Positions 1 through 14,093 are shown, numbered from the whole stretch's first letter. The stretch is 63,963 bases of DNA, filler included, from Octopus bimaculoides (GCF_001194135.2; 7 parts of 6 records of this genome joined end to end with filler, not necessarily neighbours in it); one strand, 5' to 3'. Notes: a model not told the origin generated them from the letters alone. Translations and numbers: made by a program.

Positions 1-308
1 CGTGCAAGTGGCTGAGAACTCCACACACACGTGTACCCTTAATGTAGTTCTCGGGGATATTCAGCGTGACACAGAGTGTGACAAGGCTGGCCCCTTTGAA
101 TCACAGGCACAACAGAAACAGGAAGTAAGAGTGAGAGAAAGTTGTGGTGAAAGAGTACAGCAGGGTTCACCACCATCCCCTGCCGGAGCCTCGTGGAGCT
201 TTAGGTGTTTTCGCTCAATAAACACTCACGACGCCCGGTCTGGGAATCGAAACCGCGATCCTATGACCGCGAGTTCGCTATCCTAACCACTGGGCCATTG
301 CGCCTCCA
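1..308 (-). mobile_element. tRNA-derived SINE, family A (runs off the window edge)
   Basis: Minus strand reads ggaggcgcaatggcccagtggttagg...ggtttcgattcccagacc (Pol III A- and B-box-like), then a body containing ttgtcacactctgtgtcacgctgaat. Near-identical copies at 1757-1912 and 26695-26975. Confidence 0.85.
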
Positions 309-790
309 CTCGTTCATACATATACATATCTAAAGAGTAGATGTATGTATGGGTCATTTGTGTCTGACAACACTCTTCTCTTTCCAAGCATGGAATGATT
401 TGAACTGTGAACTGCAAACTGAAGAACCACTCTTTCATTATCGTGTTCCCGTTAACGCTCCACTCAGGTATTTTCCTTCAATTATGTAGCTGATATAGAT
501 ACATATACATACGTGCATACACACACACACGTACACACACACATACGCACACACACACCTAGATACACTCGCAGTTGTAATGACGCTGGTTATAAATATT
601 ACAACTGCAAGTGTATCTAGGTGTGTGTGTGCGTGTGTGTGTGTGTGCGTGTGTGTGTGTGTTTGTGTCTGTGTGCGTATGTGTGTGTGCGTGTGTGTGT
701 GTGTACGTGTGTGTGTATGCACGTATGTATATGTATCTATAACACACAAACGCACTCACATACACATATGCATCTATATGTAATGTATAT

Positions 791-951
791 AGGCGCAGCA
801 GTGGCTGTGGTAAGAAGCTTGCTTACCAACCACATGGTTCTGAATTCAGTCTCACTGCGTAGCACCTTGGATGAGTGTCTTCTGCTATAGCCTCGGGCCG
901 ACCAAAGCCTTTTGAGTGAATTTGGTAGACGGAAAATGAAATAAGCCCGTC
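791..951 (+). mobile_element. SINE family B head, followed by (TG)n and a gap
   Basis: gtggctgtggtaagaagcttgcttaccaaccacatggtt...gaccaaagcc...gacggaaa; the same module recurs at 30458, 34475, 40873, 50618 and 52085. Confidence 0.85.
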
Positions 952-962
952 ATATATATACA

Positions 963-1028
<66 letters not shown>

Positions 1029-1756
1029 NNNNNNNNNNNNNNNNNNNNNNNNNNNNNNNNNNNNNNNNNNNNNNNNNNNNNNNNNNNNNNNNNNNNNNNN
1101 NNNNNNNNNNNNNNNNNNNNNNNNNNNNNNNNNNNNNNNNNNNNNNNNNNNNNNNNNNNNNNNNNNNNNNNNNNNNNNNNNNNNNNNNNNNNNNNNNNNN
1201 NNNNNNNNNNNNNNNNNNNNNNNNNNNNNNNNNNNNNNNNNNNNNNNNNNNNNNNNNNNNNNNNNNNNNNNNNNNNNNNNNNNNNNNNNNNNNNNNNNNN
1301 NNNNNNNNNNNNNNNNNNNNNNNNNNNNNNNNNNNNNNNNNNNNNNNNNNNNNNNNNNNNNNNNNNNNNNNNNNNNNNNNNNNNNNNNNNNNNNNNNNNN
1401 NNNNNNNNNNNNNNNNNNNNNNNNNNNNNNNNNNNNNNNNNNNNNNNNNNNNNNNNNNNNNNNNNNNNNNNNNNNNNNNNNNNNNNNNNNNNNNNNNNNN
1501 NNNNNNNNNNNNNNNNNNNNNNNNNNNNNNNNNNNNNNNNNNNNNNNNNNNNNNNNNNNNNNNNNNNNNNNNNNNNNNNNNNNNNNNNNNNNNNNNNNNN
1601 NNNNNNNNNNNNNNNNNNNNNNNNNNNNNNNNNNNNNNNNNNNNNNNNNNNNNNNNNNNNNNNNNNNNNNNNNNNNNNNNNNNNNNNNNNNNNNNNNNNN
1701 NNNNNNNNNNNTATATATGTTTGTATGTATGTATGTATGTATGTATGTATGTATGT

Positions 1757-1912
1757 ATGTACAGCAGGGTTCACCACCATCCCCTGCCGGAGCCTCGTGG
1801 AGCTTTAGGTGTTTTCGCTCAATAAACACTCACGACGCCCGGTCTGGGAATCGAAACCGCGATCCTATGACCGCGAGTCCGCTGCCCTAACCACTGGGCC
1901 ATTGCGCCTCCA
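1757..1912 (-). mobile_element. SINE family A, 5' half
   Basis: Matches 158-308 with about 3 substitutions. Confidence 0.85.
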
Positions 1913-2011
1913 CACACAACCATCCCTATAGATGCATTGTAGTTACTCTCTTGACAGAGGTTTGGTAATCCTAACCGTTAATCTTCTAGGATTCCTCCGT
2001 TTAGCATCAAT

Positions 2012-2181
2012 TTAAGAAGCACCGTTGACTCTGTTGAGCTCTTCCGCAACCTCATCACAATCTGCCATGCTGCAGTCCCATGACTTCGCCATATCCCAGG
2101 CAGGGTGGCTGAACGGGTGTGATACCTTGCCAAAGCATACCCGCATACCCATTGGTAACTGGCTACTGTTTGTAATCCTGT
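2012..2181 (-). CDS. Putative terminal coding exon of an unidentified protein: (Y)RITNSSQLPMGMRVCFGKVSHPFSHPAWDMAKSWDCSMADCDEVAEELNRVNGAS*
   Basis: Acceptor ccttaattttag|ac; phase 1, compatible with the 4379-4561 exon; open non-repetitive frame ending at TAA 2012-2014. An in-frame upstream acceptor (gatag|attttc, near 2217) is also possible. Confidence 0.55.
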
Positions 2182-2792
2182 CTAAAATTAAGGTCTTCAT
2201 CATAACCGAGTGAAAATCTATCAGTTGACACACTGCTCATGAAAGCCTTAATATAATTTCTGATATAGTGACAAATTCATATATCGTGTGTTAGGGAACT
2301 ATTACATCAATCTGTGTAGTTGACTGGTACTCACTTCGTTAACTTCGAGGAAGATGAAAAGCTTAATTGTTCACCGTGGGATATGAAGTCAGAACGATAA
2401 GGAGCATTTTGTCCAGCTTTCTCTCGATTACCGGCATGGAAGCCTATTGTGTATATGTATGTATAGTCCAAAAATAAAGGAAACACGAAGACGAGGTGAA
2501 AGAACAACATGCAGAGTGTTCTAAGTTGACGTTCAGGAAAAACTGAAGAAATCTGTAACGTCTTGAGCGTACGCTTTTCTACAGAAAGGATAGATGAAGA
2601 GAGAAAAAAGATGGAGAGATTTTTAAAAAAAACGTATGCGAGTTAAACGTACAAGACATGCTGAAATGACCGGAAGGGGAAGAATTTGGGTTGAGGTGTG
2701 GATGGCAAGAGAAACAGCAGAGACCTGGCATATGTATTTGTGTGCACGCAAGCACGTGTGTGTGTCTGTCTATTTCTTCTGTATATACACGC

Positions 2793-2845
<53 letters not shown>

Positions 2846-3779
2846 CACACACACACACATGCATATATGTATATACTGTTAATGGAAGAGAAATAAAATA
2901 TGTTAAATATATATATATATATATTACATTGCGCAAACATTATCCGATATAAAACTCAGTTTGCTGAGTAGCGTCGACAGATCGGTTTTTAAATTAAAAA
3001 AATGAATCAACTCTTTCTAACAATATAAATTAAGTTTTGTCTTTCCAGTTAGTCCAAAGGTCACCACCAATAAGTTAACCTTCCTCTAATTATTTCAATT
3101 AACTCCATTTATAATGCAGAGTAGTGTTAAGTATTGTCCCTACACATTCCTGCTTACTCCTCAACAATAACTTTCTATCGCAATCGCCACATCTTTAAAT
3201 TACTTTTCAAAGACACGTATCACTTCTCCCTCACACGCTTCGCAGGTTAACACACCCTTGTATAAATTTATTCTCTCCCGTAGTCGTAAACAGCCTAGCC
3301 GGAGGCGAAACTTAGAGCTGAATATCAACGTTTGATGTGTGTGTCTCACCCACCAAACACTGGACTAAACAATGCTCAATTATACTTCTAAAAATGCATC
3401 TCTCTAGAATTTCCCCTAAAATACGTTTTCCATTCAAGCATCAACCTACGAAACTTCAAGTTGAACTTCAAGATCATCAACAGTGTGTTCCTGCAGATGT
3501 CAAGCCTGCTGCCCTTCTCAGCCGATCCATATCAAACAAAAAAAAGTAATAAGAGAAGTGAATGGGCGATGAAATCCGCTAATATAGCATAATGAACTTG
3601 AAAATTGATTCACTTATCATATCATCTTAATGAAATTAATGAGTTAAGAGACTTTTTGAATATGGAACTAATCCAACACAGTTATCTGCTAGAGAACAGG
3701 AGATATACTGAATTTTTGTAATGTATATGTTGAGGGAACCGAAGTGCTGATAGCACTTCGTGGAGTTAATAGGTCAGTA

Positions 3780-4060
3780 GAATCAGCAAGTTATTTTGTA
3801 ATTAGAATGGAGTGCTTCTCAGACAGAGTAGACGACGTATTTGGTTGTAAGGTTGAAGCGACACGGACGTGAACCAGAAAATAGGTTTTATAAATAAACA
3901 GATACCTCGTAAGAGGAAGTTGGTTTGCATCAAGAGTATAACCGATTGATATTAGTGAATGAGTGAGAATAGCTGGAAGAAGTTTTGCTTGGTAGGCTAG
4001 GGTTAGTGTTTAAAGATAGTTGGGAACTAAAGTGCGAGATTCCCTTAGGAACGGAAACAA
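3780..4060 (-). mobile_element. Highly decayed Penelope-like GIY-YIG remnant
   Basis: Minus frame gives GSRPCRFNLTTKYVVYSV, resembling the C..T..NVVY motif before GIY; stops and frameshifts present. Confidence 0.35.
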
Positions 4061-4378
4061 CGAACGTTTATAAAGCGAATGAGAATTTATTGGATATCTT
4101 TGTGTTTATTTTGATAACAGCTTTCACCATTTAGATTTGTTTTGTTTAACTGTCATGGTTTGGCTTGAGAGAAAACGGGAGCATCAAATTTGTTTTGTTA
4201 CGATATTATGTACTGTACATCTATCGAATAAAAGTCTCGTGATCATATTTTATTTCTATTGGTAGAAGAGGACTTGCAGAGAACGGGAAAGAAAAAAAGA
4301 TTCAAAATCACGCTCTGACTTTTGAAACTGCTTCCTAGACCGTTAGGCTTATACTAGTAAATATTATCTTTAACTTAC

Positions 4379-4561
4379 ATCGGATAATAAAATATGGATG
4401 TGCAACGCTGTTCTCCAATAGTTCAAAACCTACAGATATCCAAGAGTCAACACTAAATTGCTGAACAGTGGCCAGAGAATACTTTTGACTATCTTTACAG
4501 ATTTTTACTCGTCCTGAAGCAGTTACAAGGTAGTATGATTGGGCTTGTAACAAAAGAACAA
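4379..4561 (-). CDS. Putative internal coding exon: [61 protein letters not shown]
   Basis: Acceptor tattttgacag|tt, consensus donor t|gtaagt, 183 nt (61 codons, phase 1-1); only this frame is open. Confidence 0.65.
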
Positions 4562-5139
4562 CTGTCAAAATATACTTAATAAATATGTATGTATATGCGT
4601 GTAACTTTGCGTGTCTTACGCCCGTATGGATGAATGGATGGATGAATGGATGGATGGATGGATGGATGGATGGATGGATGGATGGATGGATGGATGGATT
4701 GTATTTTTAATCACAATAATGATGTACTTTTTGTTTTCTAACAACTTAGTGAAAGGAGGAAGACAACACCCATCTCCACTTTCAAAGACTCCATGACTGG
4801 CGGAGTGAGAAGAAAGAAGTTATCCTCGAATCGGAGACAATATTAACCTGAATGCTTGCAACAAAATGGACGACTCTAAAGACACCCAAGGGGCCAGGAG
4901 GCGGATTTGAAGTGGGTGACAGATGTGTTTATATATCACTAAGTTGTACTTGATGTTGCAGCTTTATGAGTATAAGTCGTAGTATGATGAGTATAAGTCG
5001 TAGATCGTATGTGTATATGTATACAGGTGCGTATTTGTATATACACGTGCACGTGTTTCTATATATGTATAATATTAAATAGACATAATGCATACAAACA
5101 TATATAAACAAATACATGTGTGTGTGCATATATATATAC

Positions 5140-5187
<48 letters not shown>

Positions 5188-5216
5188 NNNNNNNNNNNNN
5201 NNNNNNNNNNNNNNNN

Positions 5217-5306
<90 letters not shown>

Positions 5307-6819
5307 ATTTATATATTCACACACATACATACACACTCACACACACACATAGACACACACATATGTGTGTTTGTGTGAAAGCAAACATCAAAGACGCCTT
5401 GCCAAGCAAAGAGTGCAGGACCTACTTAAAGATGTTACAAGCTCTTTTCCTGGTGGTGACTAAAGCTATTACACTTTTTGGAACACTTCTGTATTTTCAC
5501 CAGCTGTCTCAGCGTCACAATCGTTTCACCTCTTTGCTTGAGTGGGCAACTAAGACTGAATTAGCTTTCTCCTACAGAAAGGTTTCATCTGCGGTCTCTT
5601 GTCAGCCACATTCGGTTTGAACGGGTCTCAGATGCTATGGCTATCCCCCTAGCAGTTTATTTTAAAGTTGCCTGGGTTCTAAACGATCATCTGTAAGAAA
5701 TAGTGCACTGATCTTGCTAGAAACCCGCAGCGGTTGTCTTCAATGGCGAATAAGTTTTTGACAAGAGCTTTATCAACCGCGACCTGGTGCTTGAATTTCT
5801 TCAGTTGATATCATCTATGATCTGCTTTTGACAAATTCCGTCCTCTGTGGAATATTTGTGGTTTTGTATTCTTATACTCTAAAAACAAAACAAATACTTT
5901 CCATGAGATTTTACACTGACCCTGGTGAAATTGGTTGAAACTTTAGCGCACCAGATTAAAACTGTATTATAGCTTCATCGTTATACATTTTGTATTCAAA
6001 TACCACAAGTTTTGACTTCAGTGTTCATATATCTGAGATCGATAAAATGTCCCATTGATATATTCAAGTACCTTTGCTGGGTACGTTCTTCCAAGACATA
6101 AGTGCTTCTTACAAAACTGTCTGTTTTGAGGTTTAAGTATAACATAATATTATTATATATTTTACCCACATACTGATAAGATTAAATAGAATATGTGTGA
6201 CTAAAAGTATGTATTAATGTTTAGCCTACATCAGTGGCCTTATCGGAGGAAGAAAACTGTATCCTTTCATCAATAGCGATAAATTGACTTGGGGAAATAT
6301 AGGCCATAAAGTTCTTTTCGGAAACTATAAAACAACTGTAGTAGTTTGAACACACTACTAATGTAATGTATAATATGGCTTGTAATCACTTGATGGACTG
6401 TAGATATTCCACAGAGAACCGTGGTCGGTATTCATCTGCACTTACCATCAGCGATGTGCATTCCAGCACAGTGTTGGATGAGTGGTGGTGGTGTAAGGAG
6501 GTTATTAGTGCGGCTATTTTTTATGCGTGCGTTATTTCTGTCCGTCTGGGTCGTATGGGAGGGTTATGCTGTTGTTGTTCTTTAGTGCCAGGTTGGTATT
6601 GATCGAGTACATCAAAGACCCTTCCAGCATGCATACATACATATATATATATATATATAAGCAATGTTAATTCTCTAAATGAAGTATTAACAGTAACTGC
6701 ACGATAAAGTGTAGTATATTGCCACTTAAGTGTGGCTGACCCCTAGGGGTGGATGTTACTGTTGCTTTTAGCCCCAGGAGGACATCTCCTCCAGCTGGCT
6801 TATCGACACACTACAGTTG

Positions 6820-7100
6820 TGAGTTCGAATCCCAGACTGGGCTGCGTGTTGTGTTCTTGAGCAAGAACTTTATTTCACATTGCTCCAGTTCACTCAGCTG
6901 TAGAAATGAGTTGCGACGTCACTGGTGCCAATCTATATCGGCCTTTGCCTTTCCTTTGGATAACACAGGTGGGGTGGAGAGGGGAGGTCGGTATGCATGG
7001 GCGACTGCTGGTCTTCCATAAACAACTTTGCTCGGACTTGTGCCTTGGAGAGTAACTTTCTAGGTGCAATCCCATGGTCATTCGTGACCGAAGGGGTCTC
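6820..7100 (+). mobile_element. tRNA-derived SINE with CORE-like centre
   Basis: gagttcgaatccc B box, then gtgttcttgagcaagaacttt...ctcagctgtagaaatgag; ends in (TA)n. Related minus copy near 33960-34120. Confidence 0.6.
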
Positions 7101-7949
7101 CGACATATATATATATATATATATATATATANNNNNNNNNNNNNNNNNNNNNNNNNNNNNNNNNNNNNNNNNNNNNNNNNNNNNNNNNNNNNNNNNNNNN
7201 NNNNNNNNNNNNNNNNNNNNNNNNNNNNNNNNNNNNNNNNNNNNNNNNNNNNNNNNNNNNNNNNNNNNNNNNNNNNNNNNNNNNNNNNNNNNNNNNNNNN
7301 NNNNNNNNNNNNNNNNNNNNNNNNNNNNNNNNNNNNNNNNNNNNNNNNNNNNNNNNNNNNNNNNNNNNNNNNNNNNNNNNNNNNNNNNNNNNNNNNNNNN
7401 NNNNNNNNNNNNNNNNNNNNNNNNNNNNNNNNNNNNNNNNNNNNNNNNNNNNNNNNNNNNNNNNNNNNNNNNNNNNNNNNNNNNNNNNNNNNNNNNNNNN
7501 NNNNNNNNNNNNNNNNNNNNNNNNNNNNNNNNNNNNNNNNNNNNNNNNNNNNNNNNNNNNNNNNNNNNNNNNNNNNNNNNTATATATATATATATATATA
7601 TATATATTAGTTTGTTTTTATGTCAAGTTATAATAAAAACAATTATATTCTATATTGGTGTGGATGTTGAGTTCATTTTTTTCTGTTTGTTTTCATTTTT
7701 TCTTTTTTTTTTTTGTAGGTTTTCTGGTAGAAGAAAGAATTTGAAGTTGTAGCATAAAGGAAAATTTCGTTTTTTGCATTCTGAGTATCTGTCTTCTTTG
7801 TAATATTCTTAGTGGTCGATTATGGTAGAAGCGTTTGTTAAAGGAATTTACTTGCTGTTTGGGAGTGGCTATGTTATTTGAGGTTACGATATGAAGTATG
7901 CTGTGGCTGTTCTAGGGGGTTACTGATGTTGGCGATTATTTTGTGGAAC

Positions 7950-8860
7950 GGTTTGCTACTTGGTCTGCCATCTTTTGGATAGATCCATTATTTCCTGCTC
8001 GAATAATTTCTTATCTTTACTGGCGAAAAACTCTTCCACCTGAATTTTTACATTCTCTTCAGAGTTGAAGGTCTGTCCATTTAAGGAACTTTGAAAAGGC
8101 AGAAACAGGTAGAAATCTGAATGGGGCAAGATCAGGGGAATATGAAAGATGCGGCAAAACCTCTCAGGCAAGCCCCAGTAACTTCTACTGAGTCTGAAAA
8201 GAATTGTACAGTATGGCATTGTCGGGAAGAAAGACAATGCCCTTGTGATTAGTGACTGCTAGACACTTCTGGTGTATCGCAACGTTTAATTTGTCCAGCT
8301 AGTCTCATTACACATCCGAATTAATGGTCCTGACCGTGGCAAGAAGCTCGTTAAAGACAACACCCTTCCAATCTTACAAAATTGAAAGCATGACCTTCTT
8401 CGGGTAAAATCCTGCTTTGGAGATTATATGTGGTGGCTCATCGCACTTCTCTCATTATCGTTTGCGCTTCACATTGTTATAGACGATCCATTTTTCGTCC
8501 TCTGTCATCATTCTCTTTTTTTTTAAAAAAAAGGATAATCTTCTGCAACGAATCGCAGATGGAAATCCGTTAAGCAAGGTTAGTCTGCTTTGCCTGATGT
8601 GACACTCAAGAATCGAGCCTGATGACGCAACCAAGTTGATGCAGATGGTTATCAACACCCGATGTTGATATTTGGAGAATATCTGTGATCATTCCGGTCG
8701 TATAACGAGGGTTAATGTTGCTGTTAATCTCTTTTAGCCATCAGAGCGAGGGGCATCTTAAACCGAAAAATTTCCCGATTGCAATTTTGAAAGGCACATC
8801 TGGCACACACATTTATGCAGGTTTCCACTGCTTTCCAGCCATATTTTAAATAAAACGCAT
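7950..8860 (-). mobile_element. Decayed mariner transposase
   Basis: Fragments GNFSV*DAPRS, MTEDEKWIVYNNVKRKR and PHSDFYLF...NGQTFNSEENVK...FFASKDKK...RWQ match mariner motifs; frameshifted. Confidence 0.85.
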
Positions 8861-9049
8861 GATGTGTCAATAATGTTCATTGTTGGCACTTCATTTCCAG
8901 GGTGATCCCAAGCACACCAAATACAACCTGCCTCGTAAGTTCGCGTAGAATTACGTTGAACTAAGGGTGGTCATGCGCAAGAGATAGGCTGAACTTAGCT
9001 ACTTATTAGAGTGCTTCAAGCTTAATGACGAACATATACATATATACAT

Positions 9050-9082
<33 letters not shown>

Positions 9083-9304
9083 NNNNNNNNNNNNNNNNNN
9101 NNNNNNNNNNNNNNNNNNNNNNNNNNNNNNNNNNNNNNNNNNNNNNNNNNNNNNNNNNNNNNNNNNNNNNNNNNNNNNNNNNNNNNNNNNNNNNNNATGC
9201 ATACATACATGCTTACATACTACATGCATGCATGTATGCATGCAGGCATATATAAATACCTACATACATACATACATACATGCATACATACATACATACA
9301 TACA

Positions 9305-9336
<32 letters not shown>

Positions 9337-10374
9337 CCATTTACGAATATGACAGAAAACAAGGTGATATCATGACAGCTGGAATGCAGGTTAACGATGA
9401 AAAGATCCGATCACCCGTTCTGCCAACTTCGTTTCCTAAATGTTAACGCGCATTCATATTTCCGTAAATTTTATATTTTCATCAATGCCATTGATAAATA
9501 AAATTAATTCACCAACGTTCTTACCCACTGGTGCGCTGTATTGTCTCTCTGTTGCACTACAACAATCTTTGCTTTTTTAATTCAATAAGGTCAATACCAC
9601 TCTGGCCTAAACCCACTTTATGTACATCTTTTATCCTCTAACCACATCGTAGTCTGGGACAATCATTCTATTGAACATTTTTCCACACCTTCTCGTGAAT
9701 TGCAGTTCTTTTTCATCCTCACCGTATACACATTTTTCCCTATAAAACCTCGACCTACAGAAGTTCAAACTATACGTCAGTCTACAAGAACGTCTCTTCC
9801 TTAGACGAGCCAATCACTTTAGCCACAACCCACCCGATCAACCTACTAGAACTAGTAAGATAATACCACCCAAATCAAACCCTGCTGTCTTCAAAAACAG
9901 GAGGAGTAGTCACAGCTGGAGTGTCTTTCATGGCGGGTCTGCTCGATCAGAAGTTTCACCTGGGTTTAAAATAACAACTCTCTTCCACTAATTAATAATA
10001 AATTATATGTCCTGTAAAAATGTGATTAACAAATTCAAACGAAGTCAGTAAAATCAGACAAACGTATGGATGGCATTTGCTATGCGTTGGTGGACAAAGA
10101 AAACATTGAAGGTTTCAGCTAGGATTCTTCATCCCTTCATCGAACACGAATTCACGAACAAGACTAATACATTTTCCATAGGAAATAGTTGTGTTTTCCT
10201 TACAGACACTCTAGAAACATCGAAATTGATAGCTTATCATTCAAAGAACTGATTGACTCAAATCACATGTTTATGCACGTCTCCACCACACACACACAAA
10301 CACACATGCACGCAACACACTCTCACATACACACAAATACATACCGTTACATACTTATGCGCGCGCGCACACAC

Positions 10375-10407
<33 letters not shown>

Positions 10408-10809
10408 CATACACGCGCACACTTTCCTTTCTCCTCACAAAAGTTTTAATTTGAATGATTCTTTAAACGGAAACTTATACATTTTATTCTGTTCCTCTTT
10501 CATTGTCTTTCTTCTTCGTTCCTTTTTTCCGACTGAACTAAATTTCTTTCATTCTCATAACTTTCGCAAACTGTTTTTGTTTTGTTTTGTTTTGTTTTGT
10601 TTCTCTTTTTCGTCTTCTCACCACCACCACCATCACTTCTTACCTTCTCATATTTTTTCTTTTCGTTTTTTTTTTTTTTTTTNNNNNNNNNNTTTTTTTT
10701 TTTTTTGTTTCCTCCTTCAGCTTGTCTGTTCCCTTTCGTTTCAAGATTGTCAGGGTGTAATAACTATCTCTACATTTTCAAAGGGCTTCCTTAACATCAT
10801 CACCTTTAC

Positions 10810-10869
10810 CATCTGCCGTCTCCGCTGCTACACCATCACCGTTGCTGCCATTGCGTTCTGCTGCTGTTT
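10810..10869 (-). CDS. Possible 60-nt symmetric exon: (E)TAAERNGSNGDGVAAETAD
   Basis: Pyrimidine-rich acceptor ctctgtctcccaccccttag|aa, donor g|gtaaag, phase 1-1 fits the 4561 exon. The sequence is low-complexity and could be intronic. Confidence 0.25.
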
Positions 10870-11393
10870 CTAAGGGGTGGGAGACAGAGGGTGAACGACG
10901 GTGGGGTGGGGCTAAAAGGCCGGTGAGGGTTCCTCAAACAGCTTCAGGTGGAAGGAAGTAAAGTGGAGACAGAGAATAGAGAGAAAAGGGGCAGAGGGGG
11001 TAATAATGCAATTGGATGATGCGTTGCATCACATTCTGATGTCGTCACAGAAGTCACACCATTACTAAAAAACACATCGAAATACCTAAAAACCTATCTT
11101 CCTCTTTCCAACATCCTTCAGCCTTCATTATTCTTCCCTTTATATTCCCCCACCACCAATTATCTCATTCTCACTCCCTATCTATCTATCTAGCTATCTA
11201 TCTATCTATCTGTCTGTCTGTCTTTCTATCTTTCTATCTATCTCTCGATCTATCTATCTGTATGTCTATCTGTCTATCCATCTAGTCTTCTCTCAGTCTA
11301 TCGACCAATCTATCTAAATCTCCTTTTGTCGACTTCATTAACTTCTATCTATTTACCTACATACCATCTTACATCTCTGCATACATATTTACA

Positions 11394-11448
<55 letters not shown>

Positions 11449-11660
11449 CCCCCTCCACACATACATACATACATACATACATACATACATACATACATAC
11501 ATGTGTCTGTGTATGTGCACCACAAACACATACCCTCCATCCAACCAACAAAATCTTATACAAAACAACCAGCAATCCCACACATACTTTTGATGCCCCC
11601 CGACACCCTTCCACATCCTTCTTCCCTTCCCATAATTACTTCTATATTTCATTCATTCTC

Positions 11661-11692
<32 letters not shown>

Positions 11693-12311
11693 TTTTTCTC
11701 ACTTTTCTTTTATTCTTCATTTCTTTTCACCACCATTCCCCTTGTTATGCCGACAAGCTTGTTGTTTTGTGAGACTAATCAGTAAGCAGTCAGGTCTCGA
11801 ACTTCTGCGAACATTATTCTATCTATCATAGAAAAATATACAACATATTTTATATATACGTGTTTACATTTCATCATCACCTTTATGCACTCACGCTCAT
11901 GCACATATTTGAACAGTTTCATACTTTGAGATAAGCGAAATCGAAGGCATATCAAATCACACGTGACACGCAAAAATACTAACGTTGACCGAAGAGATAA
12001 AAAAAAAAAATGACCAAGGGTAAAACGCAGATCGATAACCAATTACGCGGCACGGCCCCAAGCACACAGCAAAAGCTTACAGTAAGTGAACGTTATATTA
12101 ATTTTATACCTGTGCGTGTGTGTGTGAGTGAGTGTATGTGTTTGTGTGTGTATGTGTGTGTGTGTGTGTGTGTTACATATGCATACCTATACATAATGGC
12201 AAGTACTCTCAGATATAAAGCATTTACCAATGTGCTATAAAAATAATTGCATCAGTGCAACGTCATATACATGCACGCATACATCATATAAACATATGTA
12301 TATATATATAT

Positions 12312-12377
<66 letters not shown>

Positions 12378-12389
12378 GCATACACGCAT

Positions 12390-12423
<34 letters not shown>

Positions 12424-12702
12424 TCGTGCATGCACACGCGTACACGCACACGCACATACACGCGTTTTAAACGTTCTTTTGCGGTCACAACGGTTGTTGA
12501 TACATACCCACAAACAAACAATACAAAATATGTAAAACATTCCAGAAGTTTGATCTGGAGTATGTTCACATATGCAAGTAGTATATGCACATATACAAAT
12601 ATGCACACATGCAAATAGTCACAGACAATGACAGGCATACTCACACACATACCTATATACATTCACACATATATACACACTCATACACGCATACATACAT
12701 AC

Positions 12703-12733
<31 letters not shown>

Positions 12734-13067
12734 CATACAGCCTAGTTTATGTTGTCTAAATTTCGTTGAAAGAGTTTTGTTACTAGTTCAGAGACCGGCT
12801 CATTCTCTATTGGTGAGATATTTTTAAAAGAAAACCAACACAAACATACATTCAGAGATGGGTGTATACACACGCATTTTCACATGCATATGTATATGGG
12901 ACAAGAAATATATGAGTGTGTGCGCGCTCGTATAAAGCAGTGGGTGGGGATTGTGTTGTCATCATTTCTATGTTCTACCCTTCCCTCATTTATCCTAATT
13001 TTATATTTGTTTTGAATTTAAAACTTAATTCTTTAAAGGTTTCATTCTTATTGTCTTCTACTTAGCT

Positions 13068-13258
13068 AAGGCGGTGAGCTGGTAGGACTGTACAAAATGC
13101 TTAGCGGCATTTCGTCTGTCTTTACATTCTGAGCCGTGATCGACTTTGCCTTTTATCCGTCGAGGTTGATAAAATAAGAACCAGCCGGGTACTGGAGTCG
13201 ACGTAATAGACTTGCTCCTTCCTCCAAAAACTGCTGACCTGGAGTCAAAATTTGAAAC
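13068..13258 (+). mobile_element. SINE family C
   Basis: ggcggtgagctgg...aaatgcttagcggcatttcgtc...cgactttgccttt...gataaaataag; copies at 33498, 38742, 43005, 49700, 52996 and 57530. Confidence 0.8.
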
Positions 13259-14020
13259 CTTTATCTTATATTTTAGTCATGAACAAGTCCAACGTGGTTA
13301 CTATCAATTGATAGTGTCCACTTTCTCCCTCTGGTCTCTGGCTGTTAAGATGTTTCACTTAAGCTTCTCCTCGTAATTGTGATCTTCAACTATTGTTTAT
13401 AGCTTCAGGAGGAATATTTCTTGTCCCACAGACTTGTTCTTGACTCGCTATGTTGACGTGAAGCAATCACCGATGATCCACTGATTCAAGCACGGTTATG
13501 AGACTGTCCTTTCACGTTCAGTACAATGTACCGTTGACCTACAGTATTCGAGACACTCTGTATTCTACACACACAAACACTGTAAATCTATCTTCCCTTC
13601 TCACCTCTGAAATCATCTTGGTTGGTCAACTATGAAACGGCTAGATAGACGCTCTATTTGACAGTAATAACAACCAAATACTCGTACCTATCGCATCCTA
13701 CTGTTTGAAGGAATACAGAATGATCCAGGCTGGAACGCCTTTGCTCATTTCTCCGTAGTCTGAGCAAAACTGAAGTCAGACATCACCGCCGCGACCACCA
13801 ACAGCAACAACTAGAATGATCACACATTGGTGGATGTCTCCGATCCTGACGGGATCAAGCATTTAATCTGTCTCATGTATGCACAGAATTACTATATATT
13901 TATTTGTACTTAAATTCATTTATTTATAAACATTCCAATTATTTACAAACTTTCGTGTATGTAATGAGTATATTAAATATCTGCATGCTTTTGGTTATAG
14001 ATATGCATGTGTGTGTATAC

Positions 14021-14093
<73 letters not shown>

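Noticed and set aside
1-308. tRNA-like heads as true tRNA genes
   Set aside because: No complete cloverleaf; they continue into SINE bodies.
885-1890. Long ORFs spanning N-runs and (TG)/(TA)/(TATG) repeats, here and throughout the window
   Set aside because: Artefacts of gaps and microsatellites; the poly-HT/YI/CV translations have no coding signal.
1931-1945. tgcattgtagtt, a partial match to miR-33
   Set aside because: Only 12 nt match, with no hairpin or star arm.
5380-5880. Coding-looking stretch with a minus-strand acceptor at 5880
   Set aside because: All frames hit stops and no motif is recognisable.
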